A stretch of 64,000 nt of DNA from Euglena gracilis (taxonomy: Eukaryota), in assembly GCA_039621445.1 (NCBI GenBank), contig CP154954.1:18710642-18774641 (forward strand), read 5' to 3'. The notes under the pieces were generated by a model that saw nothing but the letters and a program-made list of their open reading frames with translations, had not been told where the DNA came from and searched no databases. Positions 36,912 to 47,351 of the stretch are shown in pieces; position 1 is the stretch's first letter, and the number at the start of each line of letters is the position of its first letter. Position numbers and translations under genes: made by a program.

Positions 36912-39138
36912 TCATGCCTTGCTCGCCGGCGGTTTGTTGTGTGATTGTTCGCTGCGCTGGGTTAGGAGGTCCCGCTTAGTGCCGCCTCGCCGGCGTTGGC
37001 TGCACCGTCTCCGACGTGGCGACCATGGCGCTTTCTTTTCCCTGGGGGGGTCCCCCCCCACCTCCCCCCCCTGGCCCCCATCTTCTGACCGAGGGCGTTT
37101 GAAGACAAATTTTCTTAAATGGGTGGGGGGGTCGGGCTCACAATGTCTTTGTGCTTCACCCTCGGTGTCCCTTCCTCCCTTCTCGGCTTGCCTCGAGGGA
37201 GTACGAGACACCTCGGGCTCCGCACTTTGCCATTGTGAGGCCAGATTGTGCACTGAAAAAAGCGGGGCCAGGGCACCTTCCAAAGCACCTTGGGCTCCAA
37301 GTCTTTGATAGTGGGCTGTGAAAGCTTCCACCCCCTTCCATTGACCAATTTCACAAACTTCTTGGGCAGAAAGGCCCAATTTTTGGAGTAAACCAACTCC
37401 TGCCCCTCTGGTGGAGTGGGGTCCCCAAACCTTGGGGGGTACCCCCTGTTTGGTCAAAAATTCTTTGGTGATAGAAGAAATGGTGTCTGCCTTAATGGCT
37501 TTATAGGGGGGTTTTAACGTAATTAAAAGGGGCCCCCAGGTTTCACAAAGAGACGTGTTGCTGTCACATAAGACATCATAATGAAAGGGACTGATTTGGG
37601 GGCATTGGGGAATGGAGACAACTCGCTCCCACTTATGGTGTTTTTGACCTTTACGTTTAATTTTGATGTAGGGTGCCCCCCCCCAACACACTGGTGGTTC
37701 TTTGGACCTGTGCCAAATCAGAACTTCTGTATAAACAGAGGATTCGTGAACAGAAAATGAGTTGTGTACGCAATGTACATATATCACAGGGTAGGGAGGA
37801 CTGTGCCAGCCCCAGGAGGTTTGGGAGGGGATCCCAGAATGCACCATATTTCTCCAAATTTTGGTTCCAAAGCCTTTAATAAGATGCCAACATGGCATGG
37901 AACCTCAGGCCACCAAAGCCAGGGATGAATAGCATAGCACTGTATGCATTGCGTGCTTGGGCCTTTGAAAATTGAAACAGTTGAATTAAAGCGTCAACCA
38001 CTTGGTCAGTGGTGGATTCAGGGGGGGGTACCCCCATTTTTTTCAGAATCACCCATAAAAGCGTAAAGGCACTTTGGTACCTTTTCAAACTGGGGTTTCT
38101 TCCCAGGAAATCTGTAATGGTTGAATTTTGTATTTGTTTCCCCTCCAAAATTTGCCTGAGCAAATCATGCAAAGGAGGGGCCACCTGGGGGGTGGCATTT
38201 TTTCCCTCCTGCAATTGGTAAACATACCCTTGTAAGGGGTGATTTTCAGGCAGGGGGTCCCTGGTACTTTCATTTTTATTAATTGGGGCCACCATGTGGC
38301 TGAATCCCAGTAGGGGGTGACCATCAAAACTTTGGCTTTTGGAAACAGCCTTAATCTGGGGAGAAATTTTTGGATTACAGACCAGGGGGGGTTTGCATAA
38401 AGATCCCCCATGTTGTCCAGTGGACATTGCAATGCATCCACTGCTGTGGCTTCCCAGTGGGGCCACCTGGCCACAAAATGTGGCAGTTTTTTGTTGCCTG
38501 GTGAGGCAAAAAGGTCTGTTTTTAGGCTGATGTGATTTTTGAACTGCTGCCTCAGCCATTGAAAAAGTTGCGGGTCCAGGGAATAACCCCCCTTGTCCAT
38601 TTCCCACCTGCTTATGGGATCTGCCAGGCATTCCTTTGAAGGGACCCACTTTACTTGCAGGTTTATGTTGTGTTCCATGCACCATTTGAAAAAGGGTCTT
38701 AGCATGGAATTGAAGGGGTCTTTTCTGCCCCCCCCTTTTGTTAAGTAATAGTAAATTACTTGATTGTCCACTGACAGGGACACAGTTTCTCCTGGTTTGC
38801 TGAGGCTTTGAACGGTGCTTATTGCTGCACTTAATTCTTTGACGTTTATGTGCAAAATGGAGTTTTCCCTCCAAAATTCCTGCACAATTTTGCCTGTTCG
38901 AATGTCCAGCCCCCCCCAGGTATGGGTACTGCTGTCTGAGTGCAACTCTCTGTTTGCACTTTGGGGGAAGGGTCTGCCCCCCCAGGTGTCCATCAGAATT
39001 TTTATCTCCCTTAATTGATCCTTTATCCTTTGGGAAATGGGGTGTTTTGAGTCCCAGGGGGCTGTGGAATTTTCCACCAAAAAACTTGCCAGGGCATCCG
39101 TAAAGGCCCTTAGAAAGGGCAGGGCCATTAGATTGCAT
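36912..39138 (-). pseudogene. DIRS tyrosine recombinase, disrupted
   Basis: Catalytic motifs YRSSDL, HSTRG, GQW, HY are spread over three ORF pieces; in-frame TAA at 37876-37878 (AAA in the sister copy) and a frameshift in the C-run at 37676-37684. Confidence 0.85.
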
Positions 39139-41132
39139 CTGATTTGGCCCAAAATGGCAGCCAGTTGCCTTTTTGACATGTGATCTTTTTTCACCATTTT
39201 TCCCAGCTCATTTTTTACGGTTTTTATTTTCTGGGGGGGCACCTGTAATTTTCCCTCTTGGAAGTTTAGCTGAAATCCAAGATGATTTACGATTTGGCTG
39301 GGCTGCAGGGTGGACTTTTTCACATTGATTTTGAACCCTGATTTGATTAAATCCCTGACGACTGTGTTCAGGTGATTTTGTAAGATGTTTTGTGTTGGGG
39401 CCACCAGTAAAATGTCGTCCAGGTAAATAAATACCTGGATGCCCCTTTTTCTCCACAGCTTTTCGAATGTCTTCATTACTGACATAAAAATTTGGGGCAT
39501 TATATTTAGGCCAAAACAGCCTGCCTGGAATTCCCAGGTCTGCCCCCCCACCTGATGCCTTAAAAATGGCCTTAGGGCCTGGCTCACTGGTATGTGGAAG
39601 TAAGCATCCTTTAGGTCTATTTTGGATGCCCAGTGGCCTTTTTCCAACACTGGAAAAATGTGCTGGATGTGATCCAGCTTGAAAGGTTTCACTTGGAACC
39701 TTTGATTTATTTCCCTGCAATCGCTTATTAACCTCCATGTGGTCTGTCCCCCCTCTGGTTTTGAAATCAGAAACCAGGGGATCAGGTGCTGGGTGGTTGA
39801 ATCCCTCACCCTCTTTACGGATCCAGATTTTTCGTAATCCAGCAGTATTTTTTCTGCTTGGGGTAGGTTCAAATTTGCTCTGATTTTTGGGTGGGTGGAC
39901 AATTTTGGTGGGTTTACCCAAGGGGGTTGAATGCCATCCTTGATAAGTTGACATGTTGTTGGGGCGGCATTTTTTGTCCACCATTTCAAGCTTTTTTGCA
40001 ACCTTTGATGGAGGGGGGTGTCTCCCCATTTCTCCTCCATGGAATTTATTTCCTGGATAAGATGATTTTGGGGGGGCTGGGCTGGGGGTGTTGGACATTG
40101 CACCCTTAGGGCCCCTAGGGCTTGAGCCCTTGGAAAGGGAAAGTTTTCCTGGGGGGGTGTGCATGCACTCTCCTCTCTTCTCACTCTCTCTCTGGAGGAT
40201 CTTGTTGTTGGAGTGCATACCATAGGGCTTACTGCCCCTGTTTTGCCTATCAGGCCTCCTTGATGATGATGGTGTTGGTATCCATACCATAGGGGGGCCT
40301 CTGTGGGTCCCCCCCTTCTTGATTTCACTGGGGGATTTGAAGATTGATGAATAAATACTTGTGGGGGTCCTTCCCCTTCCCCCTGTTCCTCCTGGGGCTG
40401 GGCATTTGTTAAATACAAAGCCCCTGTGGGGCTGCCCTTTAGCTTCTGGGGGGCCTCTGGAGGTCCACCCCTTGTATGGCTGCCATAGCCCTTGGATTGG
40501 CCTCCTTGAACCAAGCCCCTTTTGCTCTGGCCTCCATGGCCGGGGCTGTAAGTTCTGGCTTCTTGCCATGCCCAATTGAAATCTGGGGGAGCCCTGTTGC
40601 TGGGCCTCTCCCCTCCCCCCTGGAATGGGGTTGTGGGCTGAATTTGAAAAGAATGGTTGGTACAGACCTCTTTTGCCCCTTCCTGTGGGCTGCCATAGCC
40701 CTTGGATTGGTCTTCTGCTCCAGACTGGGCCATCTTCTGGCTTTCCAATGTCGTACTGGCCCCCTTGTCCCTTATTCCATCTTGATTGGTTGGGGGCATT
40801 TGCTCTGTGGGCTGGGGCGTTTGCTCTCTTGGCTGGGTCTGCCAATTTTGAAGGTTTCCTGCACCCCAATTTGAAATGTAATGGGTCTTGACCCTGGGTG
40901 CCCAATGTCTTCCGCTGTCGTCTGGGCTTTTTGCCCACTGTCTGCCAGGGTCCATGGCCATCACTGTGTGTGGCTGTCTGCCGCTGAAAATTTTCTTCTG
41001 AGATGTGTGGGGGGGAAGTGATGGCCACGGTTCGCCACGTTGAAACCGCGTCTCCGAGTTCTCCAGCTGGCGTTTCTTGTTCTGCACTGTGTCCAGGTTG
41101 TCGACTTGATAATTCCAATTTCTTCTCCACAT
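38085..41132 (-). CDS. DIRS pol: reverse transcriptase - RNase H - DAM-like adenine methyltransferase
   Basis: 1015-aa ORF with IDLKDAYFHI and IYLDDILL (RT); HSDSS, HINVKEL, VDN, ADPISR (RNase H); DLFAS and YANPPW (MT). True start uncertain. Confidence 0.93.
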   Translation of the reverse strand: MWRRNWNYQVDNLDTVQNKKRQLENSETRFQRGEPWPSLPPHTSQKKIFSGRQPHTVMAMDPGRQWAKSPDDSGRHWAPRVKTHYISNWGAGNLQNWQTQPREQTPQPTEQMPPTNQDGIRDKGASTTLESQKMAQSGAEDQSKGYGSPQEGAKEVCTNHSFQIQPTTPFQGGGERPSNRAPPDFNWAWQEARTYSPGHGGQSKRGLVQGGQSKGYGSHTRGGPPEAPQKLKGSPTGALYLTNAQPQEEQGEGEGPPQVFIHQSSNPPVKSRRGGPTEAPLWYGYQHHHHQGGLIGKTGAVSPMVCTPTTRSSRERVRREESACTPPQENFPFPRAQALGALRVQCPTPPAQPPQNHLIQEINSMEEKWGDTPLHQRLQKSLKWWTKNAAPTTCQLIKDGIQPPWVNPPKLSTHPKIRANLNLPQAEKILLDYEKSGSVKRVRDSTTQHLIPWFLISKPEGGQTTWRLISDCREINQRFQVKPFKLDHIQHIFPVLEKGHWASKIDLKDAYFHIPVSQALRPFLRHQVGGQTWEFQAGCFGLNIMPQIFMSVMKTFEKLWRKRGIQVFIYLDDILLVAPTQNILQNHLNTVVRDLIKSGFKINVKKSTLQPSQIVNHLGFQLNFQEGKLQVPPQKIKTVKNELGKMVKKDHMSKRQLAAILGQIRCNLMALPFLRAFTDALASFLVENSTAPWDSKHPISQRIKDQLREIKILMDTWGGRPFPQSANRELHSDSSTHTWGGLDIRTGKIVQEFWRENSILHINVKELSAAISTVQSLSKPGETVSLSVDNQVIYYYLTKGGGRKDPFNSMLRPFFKWCMEHNINLQVKWVPSKECLADPISRWEMDKGGYSLDPQLFQWLRQQFKNHISLKTDLFASPGNKKLPHFVARWPHWEATAVDALQCPLDNMGDLYANPPWSVIQKFLPRLRLFPKAKVLMVTPYWDSATWWPQLIKMKVPGTPCLKITPYKGMFTNCRREKMPPPRWPLLCMICSGKFWRGNKYKIQPLQISWEETPV

Positions 41133-41148
41133 GCTGCATTGACTTCAA
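39208..41148 (-). CDS. DIRS ORF1 (gag-like), overlapping pol in another frame
   Basis: 646-aa open frame at the element's 5' end; P/Q/G/R-rich with a repeated RRPIQGLWQP motif; no diagnostic domain recognised. Confidence 0.55.
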   Translation of the reverse strand: MKSMQHVEKKLELSSRQPGHSAEQETPAGELGDAVSTWRTVAITSPPHISEENFQRQTATHSDGHGPWQTVGKKPRRQRKTLGTQGQDPLHFKLGCRKPSKLADPAKRANAPAHRANAPNQSRWNKGQGGQYDIGKPEDGPVWSRRPIQGLWQPTGRGKRGLYQPFFSNSAHNPIPGGRGEAQQQGSPRFQLGMARSQNLQPRPWRPEQKGLGSRRPIQGLWQPYKGWTSRGPPEAKGQPHRGFVFNKCPAPGGTGGRGRTPTSIYSSIFKSPSEIKKGGTHRGPPMVWIPTPSSSRRPDRQNRGSKPYGMHSNNKILQRESEKRGECMHTPPGKLSLSKGSSPRGPKGAMSNTPSPAPPKSSYPGNKFHGGEMGRHPPPSKVAKKLEMVDKKCRPNNMSTYQGWHSTPLGKPTKIVHPPKNQSKFEPTPSRKNTAGLRKIWIRKEGEGFNHPAPDPLVSDFKTRGGTDHMEVNKRLQGNKSKVPSETFQAGSHPAHFSSVGKRPLGIQNRPKGCLLPHTSEPGPKAIFKASGGGADLGIPGRLFWPKYNAPNFYVSNEDIRKAVEKKGHPGIYLPGRHFTGGPNTKHLTKSPEHSRQGFNQIRVQNQCEKVHPAAQPNRKSSWISAKLPRGKITGAPPENKNRKK

Positions 41149-42178
41149 ATGTCAAAGTTGAAATATTTTCTTGAATTTGATATTCTTCAGGTTCTACAGG
41201 TTCTGAATATTGATATTGTATTGTCTTGGTCTCTTCCAACTCTGTTCTTCAAAACTTTCTGTCTTCTTCCGTGTCGAAGGGCAAGATTAGGAATCAGCCA
41301 GCTCCGGCGAAGAAAGGCACTAAGCGGGACCTCCTAACCCAGCGCACCGAACAATCACACAACAAACCGCCGGCGAGCAAGGCATGGCCTCACAATGGCA
41401 AAGTGCGGAGCCCGAGGTGTCGTTAGGAATCAGCCAACTCCGGCGAAAAAGGCACTAAGCGGGACCTCCTAACCCAGCGCAGCGAACAATCACACAAGAC
41501 ACCGCCGGCGAGCAAGGCATGGCCTCACAATGGCAAAGTGCGGAGTCCGACTTGGCCTTTCATAAACTGCAGAGATACTGTGGTCTTCGTGCTCCGCCCT
41601 CGGTTTCCACATCTTCCTGGTCGGTTTTTCTCGCGGGAGTGCGCATTTCTGGAGGTTTTTTTAGGAAAACTGATTTTTCACCAAAACTGTCACCCTTGTG
41701 GGAGTGCGACTCTTTTTGATAAATGATGGCCTGGTGAACAACGCTAGTGCAATTCCAGATACACTCACCTTGTGTGGTTGATGTGGTTCCCATGGGTGGG
41801 TCAACACCCTTGCGCCCTGGTGCTGTCCTTGCCCTCTTCTCACTTTTCTGTTTGGAGGGGTTGCATGGCGCGGGCACAGCGCCATGAGTTGAAAAATTCT
41901 AATGTGACCTCACCACTGCCCACCCGGGGGGATTCGTTGTTTGAGGCTGCCCAAAGTCTTCTTGACGGGAATAATTCCCTCCTGAGCATTCATTGCTCAA
42001 CCACAAAAAGCGACGGCCGCATTTGAAATGCTGCGCCGCAAGGAATGGAAAAGTCAAAGTGGCGTCCCGCGGGGGCGGCAGTCAGTCGAGGGTCCCGGCG
42101 ACAGGCGGGGGTTGGGTGGGGCGGAGTCGCGTGTGTGGATGCGCGGCCCCGGCGGCCGTAACAGTGCCGGCGGCCCCG

Positions 42179-42274
42179 TCAGTGCCACGCGGTGAGGTCC
42201 TCGATCCGGCGGACGAGGTCCTCCACGGTGGCCGGCAGAGCGGCAGCCGCCTGGGCAGCGCTGGAATGTGGCGC
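42179..42274 (-). CDS. DDB1: DNA damage-binding protein 1, terminal exon
   Basis: ccccttcag|GCG..; ATVEDLVRRIEDLTAWH* matches the DDB1 C-terminus. Confidence 0.88.
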   Translation of the reverse strand, partial: APHSSAAQAAAALPATVEDLVRRIEDLTAWH

Positions 42275-42849
42275 CTGAAGGGGATGGGGAGCAGGCAACC
42301 TGGCAGGGGGGGAGAAACGCACCGCTGCCGGGGGGGGGGGGGGGCAGAGCCACCCGAACAACTAAACCCCCCTTCGGACGGAAAGTCAAGACCCCCATGG
42401 GGGGGGTTTATATTTGGGGGTTTTTATACTCGATCGGAAAAATCAACTTCCTGGCGGGATCCGGTAGTCACCTTTTCGGTCCGAAATAACAAATACGCCA
42501 CCTTTGGGGGACTGAAAGTTTCACTTATTGGGCGAAGGAGCAATTTTCACACGCTTTTGGTAAAAATTGCTCCAAATCTGCCAAAAATCACAATTTCAGG
42601 AGAGATTTTGTCGAATTTTTTTCCTTCCGGCGCTTTGTGCCGGAGGGGGGATTTTATGTTCGGTTGGGATTTCAAGGTCCTCAGGGGGTTTTATGTTTGG
42701 GGGGGGGTTGTATTTGGGGGGGGGGTATCGCTGAGCTCTTATCTCTTTAGAGTAAGAGCGAAGCTTGCCACCCCGGCTTGGGACCAGGTTTTGAATAGTG
42801 CTGAGCTCTTTATAAGCGCGCCCCCCACGGCTTGGGCCTGGGCTTGGGA

Positions 42850-44590
42850 GGGGGTTGAAAAACGGTCATTTTCGATTTTTTTCGACTTTTTTGACCCGGT
42901 TTTGACCCAAACTCAACGGGTTGGCGGCCCAAAACGGGGCGCTGGCGGGTCGAAAAACACTTCTTTTCGGCACAAAAACAGTTTTTCCGGGTCCGGGAGG
43001 CCAAAAAACATCGTTTTGGGCAAAAAAAAATTTTTCGATTTTTTTCGACTTTTTTGACCCGGTTTTGACCCAAACTCAACGGGTTGGCGGCCCAAAACGG
43101 GGCGCCGGCGGGTCGAAAAACACTCATATTGGGCTCAGACACAGTTTTTCCGGGTCCGGGAGGCCAAAAAACATCGTTTCGGGCAAAAAAAAATTTTTCG
43201 ATTTTTTTCGACTTTTTTGACCCATGATGCATCATGGGTCATGATGGCCATCATGACCCATGATGGCCATCATGACCCATGATTGGCATCATGACGCATG
43301 ATTGGCATCATGGGTGATGATGGCCGTCATGGGTCATGATGGCCATCATGGCTCATGATGGGCATCATGGGTCATGATGGCCATCATGGGTGATGATGGC
43401 CATCATGGGTGATGATGGCCATCATGGGTCATGATGGCCATCATGGGTCATGATGGCCATCATTGGTCATGATGGCCATCATGGGCCATGATGGCCATCA
43501 TGGGTCATGATGGGCATCATGGGTCATGATGGGCATCATGGGTCATGATGGTCGAAAAACGCCCATTTTCGGCTCAAAAACCATTTTTCCGGGTCCGGGA
43601 GGCCAAGAAGCATGGTTTTGGGTAAAAAAAAATTTTCGATATTTTTCGCCTTTTTTGGCCGAAAACGGCTAAGTCCAACAGTGAAAAAACGCTCGTTTTC
43701 GGCTCAAAAACAGTTTTTCCGGGTCCGGGAGGCCAAAAAACATCGTTTCGGGCAAAAAAAAATTTTTCGCTTTTTTTCGACTTTTTTGACCCGGTTTTGA
43801 CCCAAAGTCAATGGGTCGGCGGTCCAAAACGGGGCGCTGGCGGGTCGAAAAACGCTCGTTTTCGGCTCAAAAACAGTTTTTCTGGGTCCGGGAGGCCAAA
43901 AAACATCGTTTCGGGCAAAAAAAAATTTTCGACTTTTTTCGACTTTTTTGACCCGGTTTTGACCCAAAGTCAATGGGTTGGCGGCCCAAAACGGGGCGCT
44001 GGCGGGTCGAAAAACGCTCATTTTCGGCTCAAAAACAGTTTTTCCGGGTCCGGGAGGCCAAAAAACATCGTTTCGGGCAAAAAAAATTTTTCGATTTTTT
44101 TCGACTTTTTTGCCCCGGTTTTGACCCAAAGTCAATGGGTCGGCGGCCCAAAACGGGGCGCCGGCGGGTCGAAAAACGCTTGTTTTCGGCTCAGACACAG
44201 TTTTTCCGGGTCCGGGAGGCCAAAAAACATCGTTTCGGGCAAAAAAAAATTTTCCATTTTTTTCGACTTTTTTAACCCGGTTTTGACCCAAAGTCAATGG
44301 GTCGGCGGTCCAAAACGGGGCGCTGGCGGGTCGAAAAACGCTCGTTTTCGGCTCAAAAACAGTTTTTCTGGGTCCGGGAGGCCAAAAAACATCGTTTCGG
44401 GCAAAAAAAAATTTTCGATTTTTTTCGACTTTTTTGACCCGGTTTTGACCCAAAATCAATGGTCGGCGGCCCAAAACGGGGCGCTGGCGGGTCGAAAAAC
44501 GCTCGTTTTCGGCTCAAAAACAGTTTTTCCGGGTCCGGGAGGCCAAAAAACATCGTTTCGGGCAAAAAAAATTTCGATTTTTTGGACTTT
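42850..44590. repeat. 162-bp tandem repeat (arm of a foldback-like element)
   Basis: GACCCGGTTTTGACCCAAA marker at ~42893, 43056, 43788, 43950, 44112, 44274, 44436; inverted copies at ~45900-46186 and ~52740-53015. Confidence 0.9.
43222..43551. repeat. 19-bp minisatellite with palindromic core ATGATGGCCATCAT
   Basis: About 17 degenerate copies of CATGATGGCCATCATGGGT embedded in the 162-bp array. Confidence 0.92.
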
Positions 44591-46633
44591 TTTGGCCGTT
44601 TTCAGACAGAGGGAAAAGTGTACAAAATGGCCTAAATTGGCTGAAAAACAGCCGTATCTCGGGCTAGGCGGTGAGCTGCGGGGAAACCAAAATCCCAGTA
44701 GATAGAGCGTTCCAAGGGCTTCAAATTAGGTCTCCGGACATTTCCTTTGATTTTGCTTCATTTTGGAGATATTTTGAAAATTGACATTTTTTGGCCGTCC
44801 AAAGGGGGGGGGCTTAAAAAGGGGGGTTGGCCAATCCTACCCAGTTTGGACCCCTTCGCGCGTGAATAACTCGGGCCTGGCGGGGAGTTGGGGGTCAAAC
44901 CCAGGTGATTCGGAAACTAGGAATCCAGTCGCTCGCGACTGAAAAAAAAAAATCGGGAACGGGGCCGGGATCATGGTGATAATCCGCCGGTTCCCGAGGT
45001 GGCCCCAAGGGGGGGGGGAGGGGGGGTTCGGGGGGTTTTCCCCCAGTGGTAAGCTTCGCTCTTACCCATAAAGGGATAAGAGCTCAGCGACCCCCCCCTT
45101 CCCCCCCCCCCCCCCCCCGCCGCCCCCCCCCCCCTGGGGGGGCAGGGAGTCCCACGGATTATCAATATGACCAAATTTCCGGGTCCCCAAAGTGGATGGC
45201 CTACAGGTTAGGAGACGGTCCCAGGTTTCCAACGCACCCCCATAATAGCCCTCACTCCCCGCCAGTCCGGAGATCGGGCCCGAGCAAAAAAGTTGCGTAC
45301 CGTTTTTTTTTCGGGGAAATTGCAGGTTTTTTCGGGGTCCAAAAATCGAAAATTTCAAAATATCTCGAAAACGCTGCGGAGTTGAGGAAAAATGATGGCG
45401 ACCTTATTTAACGACCTTGGAACGCCCGATCGATCGGTATGCGCGGTTTTGGCCAACTCCTCGCCTAGCCCGAGATACGGCCGTTTTGGGGGTTTTGGGC
45501 CAGTTTGGCCAGTTCTGGCCATTTCGGGGCCGAAACCGTAAATTGGCCGTATCTCGGGCTAGACGGGGAGTTGGAAACAAACCAAACCAGGGGGTCAAAC
45601 ATTAGGTTTAGGGGGGGGGGGTTGACCGTTTTTTGGGGTTCCCGGGGCCTGGTTGCGCGATTTTGGGCCAGTTTTGGGTATTCGGGGACCCCTGCAGGCG
45701 CCATGAGGCCATGAGGGCGGCTGGGCGAGGGGGGTCGGGTGGCAGGTCGGGACCCAAAATTTTGAAAAAAATTTTTTCGCTCAAAAACACTTTTTTTTCA
45801 CTTCAGAACATCAAAAAAAGTGTTTTTGGGCGAAAAAAAAAATTTTTTTTTTTTTCCGACCCGGACCCCCCCCCCGCCCCCCTGGCCGGTGGACTTAGCC
45901 ATTTTTGGGTCAAAAAGTCGAAAAAAATCGAAAAAAAATTTTTGCCCAAAACCATGATTTTTGACCTCCCGCACCCGAAAAAAGTGTTTTCGAGCCAAAA
46001 ATGAGCGTTTTTCGACCCTCCAGCGCCCCGTTTTGGGCCACCAACCCATTGACTTTGGGTCAAAACCGGGCCAAAAAAGTCGAAAAAATCGAAAAATTTT
46101 GTTTTGCCCAGAACAATGTTTTTTGGCCTCCAGGACCCGTAAAACCTGTTTTTGAGCCGAAAATGAGCGTTTTTCGACCCGCCAGCCACGCCGGTCCGCC
46201 GGTCCGCCGGGCCGCCGGGCCGCCGGCTGGGCCGCCGGGCCGCGCCGGGCGCCGGGCCGGGCTGGGGTGGTCTCCCAAAGAGCTCAGCTCTACGTCACAC
46301 CCTGGTATTTGGGGGGGGTTTACCCCAACGTTCACGTCAAGGTTGGGTTTTGGGTTTTGGGTCCCCCCCAAAATTTTGTTTTTTGGGCACCCCCCCAAAA
46401 ACACCAAAATGTATTTTTGGGACCCTCTCTTTGAAAAATTTTACCCCTAACCCCTAACTACCTAAAAAAGGCTGATTTTGGCCAAGAAAAGCCATTTTTT
46501 TCAAAATTTTCTGCGCCTGCGGCGCCAAAAAGTATATCTCACCCCCCTCTGGGCCCCCCCGGGGGGGGTCCGGTCGGACCCCCCGGGGGGGTCCGGTCGG
46601 ACCCCCCCCCCGGGGTGCAGCCTTAAATAATCC

Positions 46634-46683
46634 TGGGGGCTGCAGCCGGAATCGAACCACCGACCCCCCGCGTGCAAAGCAGG
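46634..46683 (-). pseudogene. tRNA-Ala(TGC)-like 3' half (pseudo-tRNA or SINE head remnant)
   Basis: Minus strand CCTGC-TT-TGC-AC-GCGGG anticodon arm, GGTTCGATTCC B box, ends CCA; T stem imperfect and 5' half missing. Confidence 0.45.
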
Positions 46684-47351
46684 CAGGGGGGTGTGATCAT
46701 TGCAAAACCTCCCCCCAAATAATCCCCCCCCCCTCGGGGTCCGACTTTGGCCACCGAAATAATACCCTCCCCCGGTTTCGGGCCGAAGGCCCAGATTTTT
46801 GACCTGAAAACGTGACAACAAATTACGAAAAAAATCGATTTTTCTGGATCATCTGGCCTCCAAAGAATGCTAAATTTCATGAGAAAGTACAAAAAACCCC
46901 AAAGGGGGGTTTTGGAGCTATTTTTGCACCTACGGAACTTCGAAAATTTTCGAAAATTTTGGGGAATAATACCCCCCAAATAATACCCCCCCCTCGAGCC
47001 GGGACTTCAGGCGAAAAAATAATACCCCGGGGGGGGGGGTATTATTTGGGGGAGGGGTTACATGTCTCGAACAGAAAATTGCATTTTGGGGAATTTTGAA
47101 AGGCCTTGTGGCACCAAAAAAGTTCAGGATCCAAAATTGTACTAACCGATGTGTCGACCATTGTTTCCCGTGGTTTTCTCTCATCGTCAATGGCGACCCA
47201 AAATTTTGATTTTTGGGTACCCCCCGAAAAATTTTGGGCCGATTTTGGGACCCCCCCCAAAAATACAAAAACAAAACCCAACCTTGTTCACGTAATGACT
47301 TACAGGGTTAGAGGAGTGATCAGACTGAAGATTTTTGAAAGGCCCCAGAGG

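Larger units (their letters stand above)
36838..41421 (-). mobile_element. Full-length DIRS1-type tyrosine-recombinase retrotransposon
   Basis: ITRs (~36901-37000 inverted to ~41295-41397); ICR ~37138-37243 complementary to both termini; overlapping ORF1, RT-RH-MT and YR frames; both ends carry GAC. Confidence 0.93.

Noticed and set aside
43222-43551. ATGATG-rich repeat as snoRNA C boxes or a His-rich protein
   Set aside because: No D boxes or terminal stems; a simple palindromic minisatellite in an intron.
43704-44705. 256-aa and 302-aa ORFs with 54-aa repeats
   Set aside because: By-products of a 162-bp (multiple of 3) tandem repeat, open on both strands inside an intron.
46441-46460. Telomere-like CCCTAA motifs (also ~49458)
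   Set aside because: Only 1-2 imperfect units; expected by chance.
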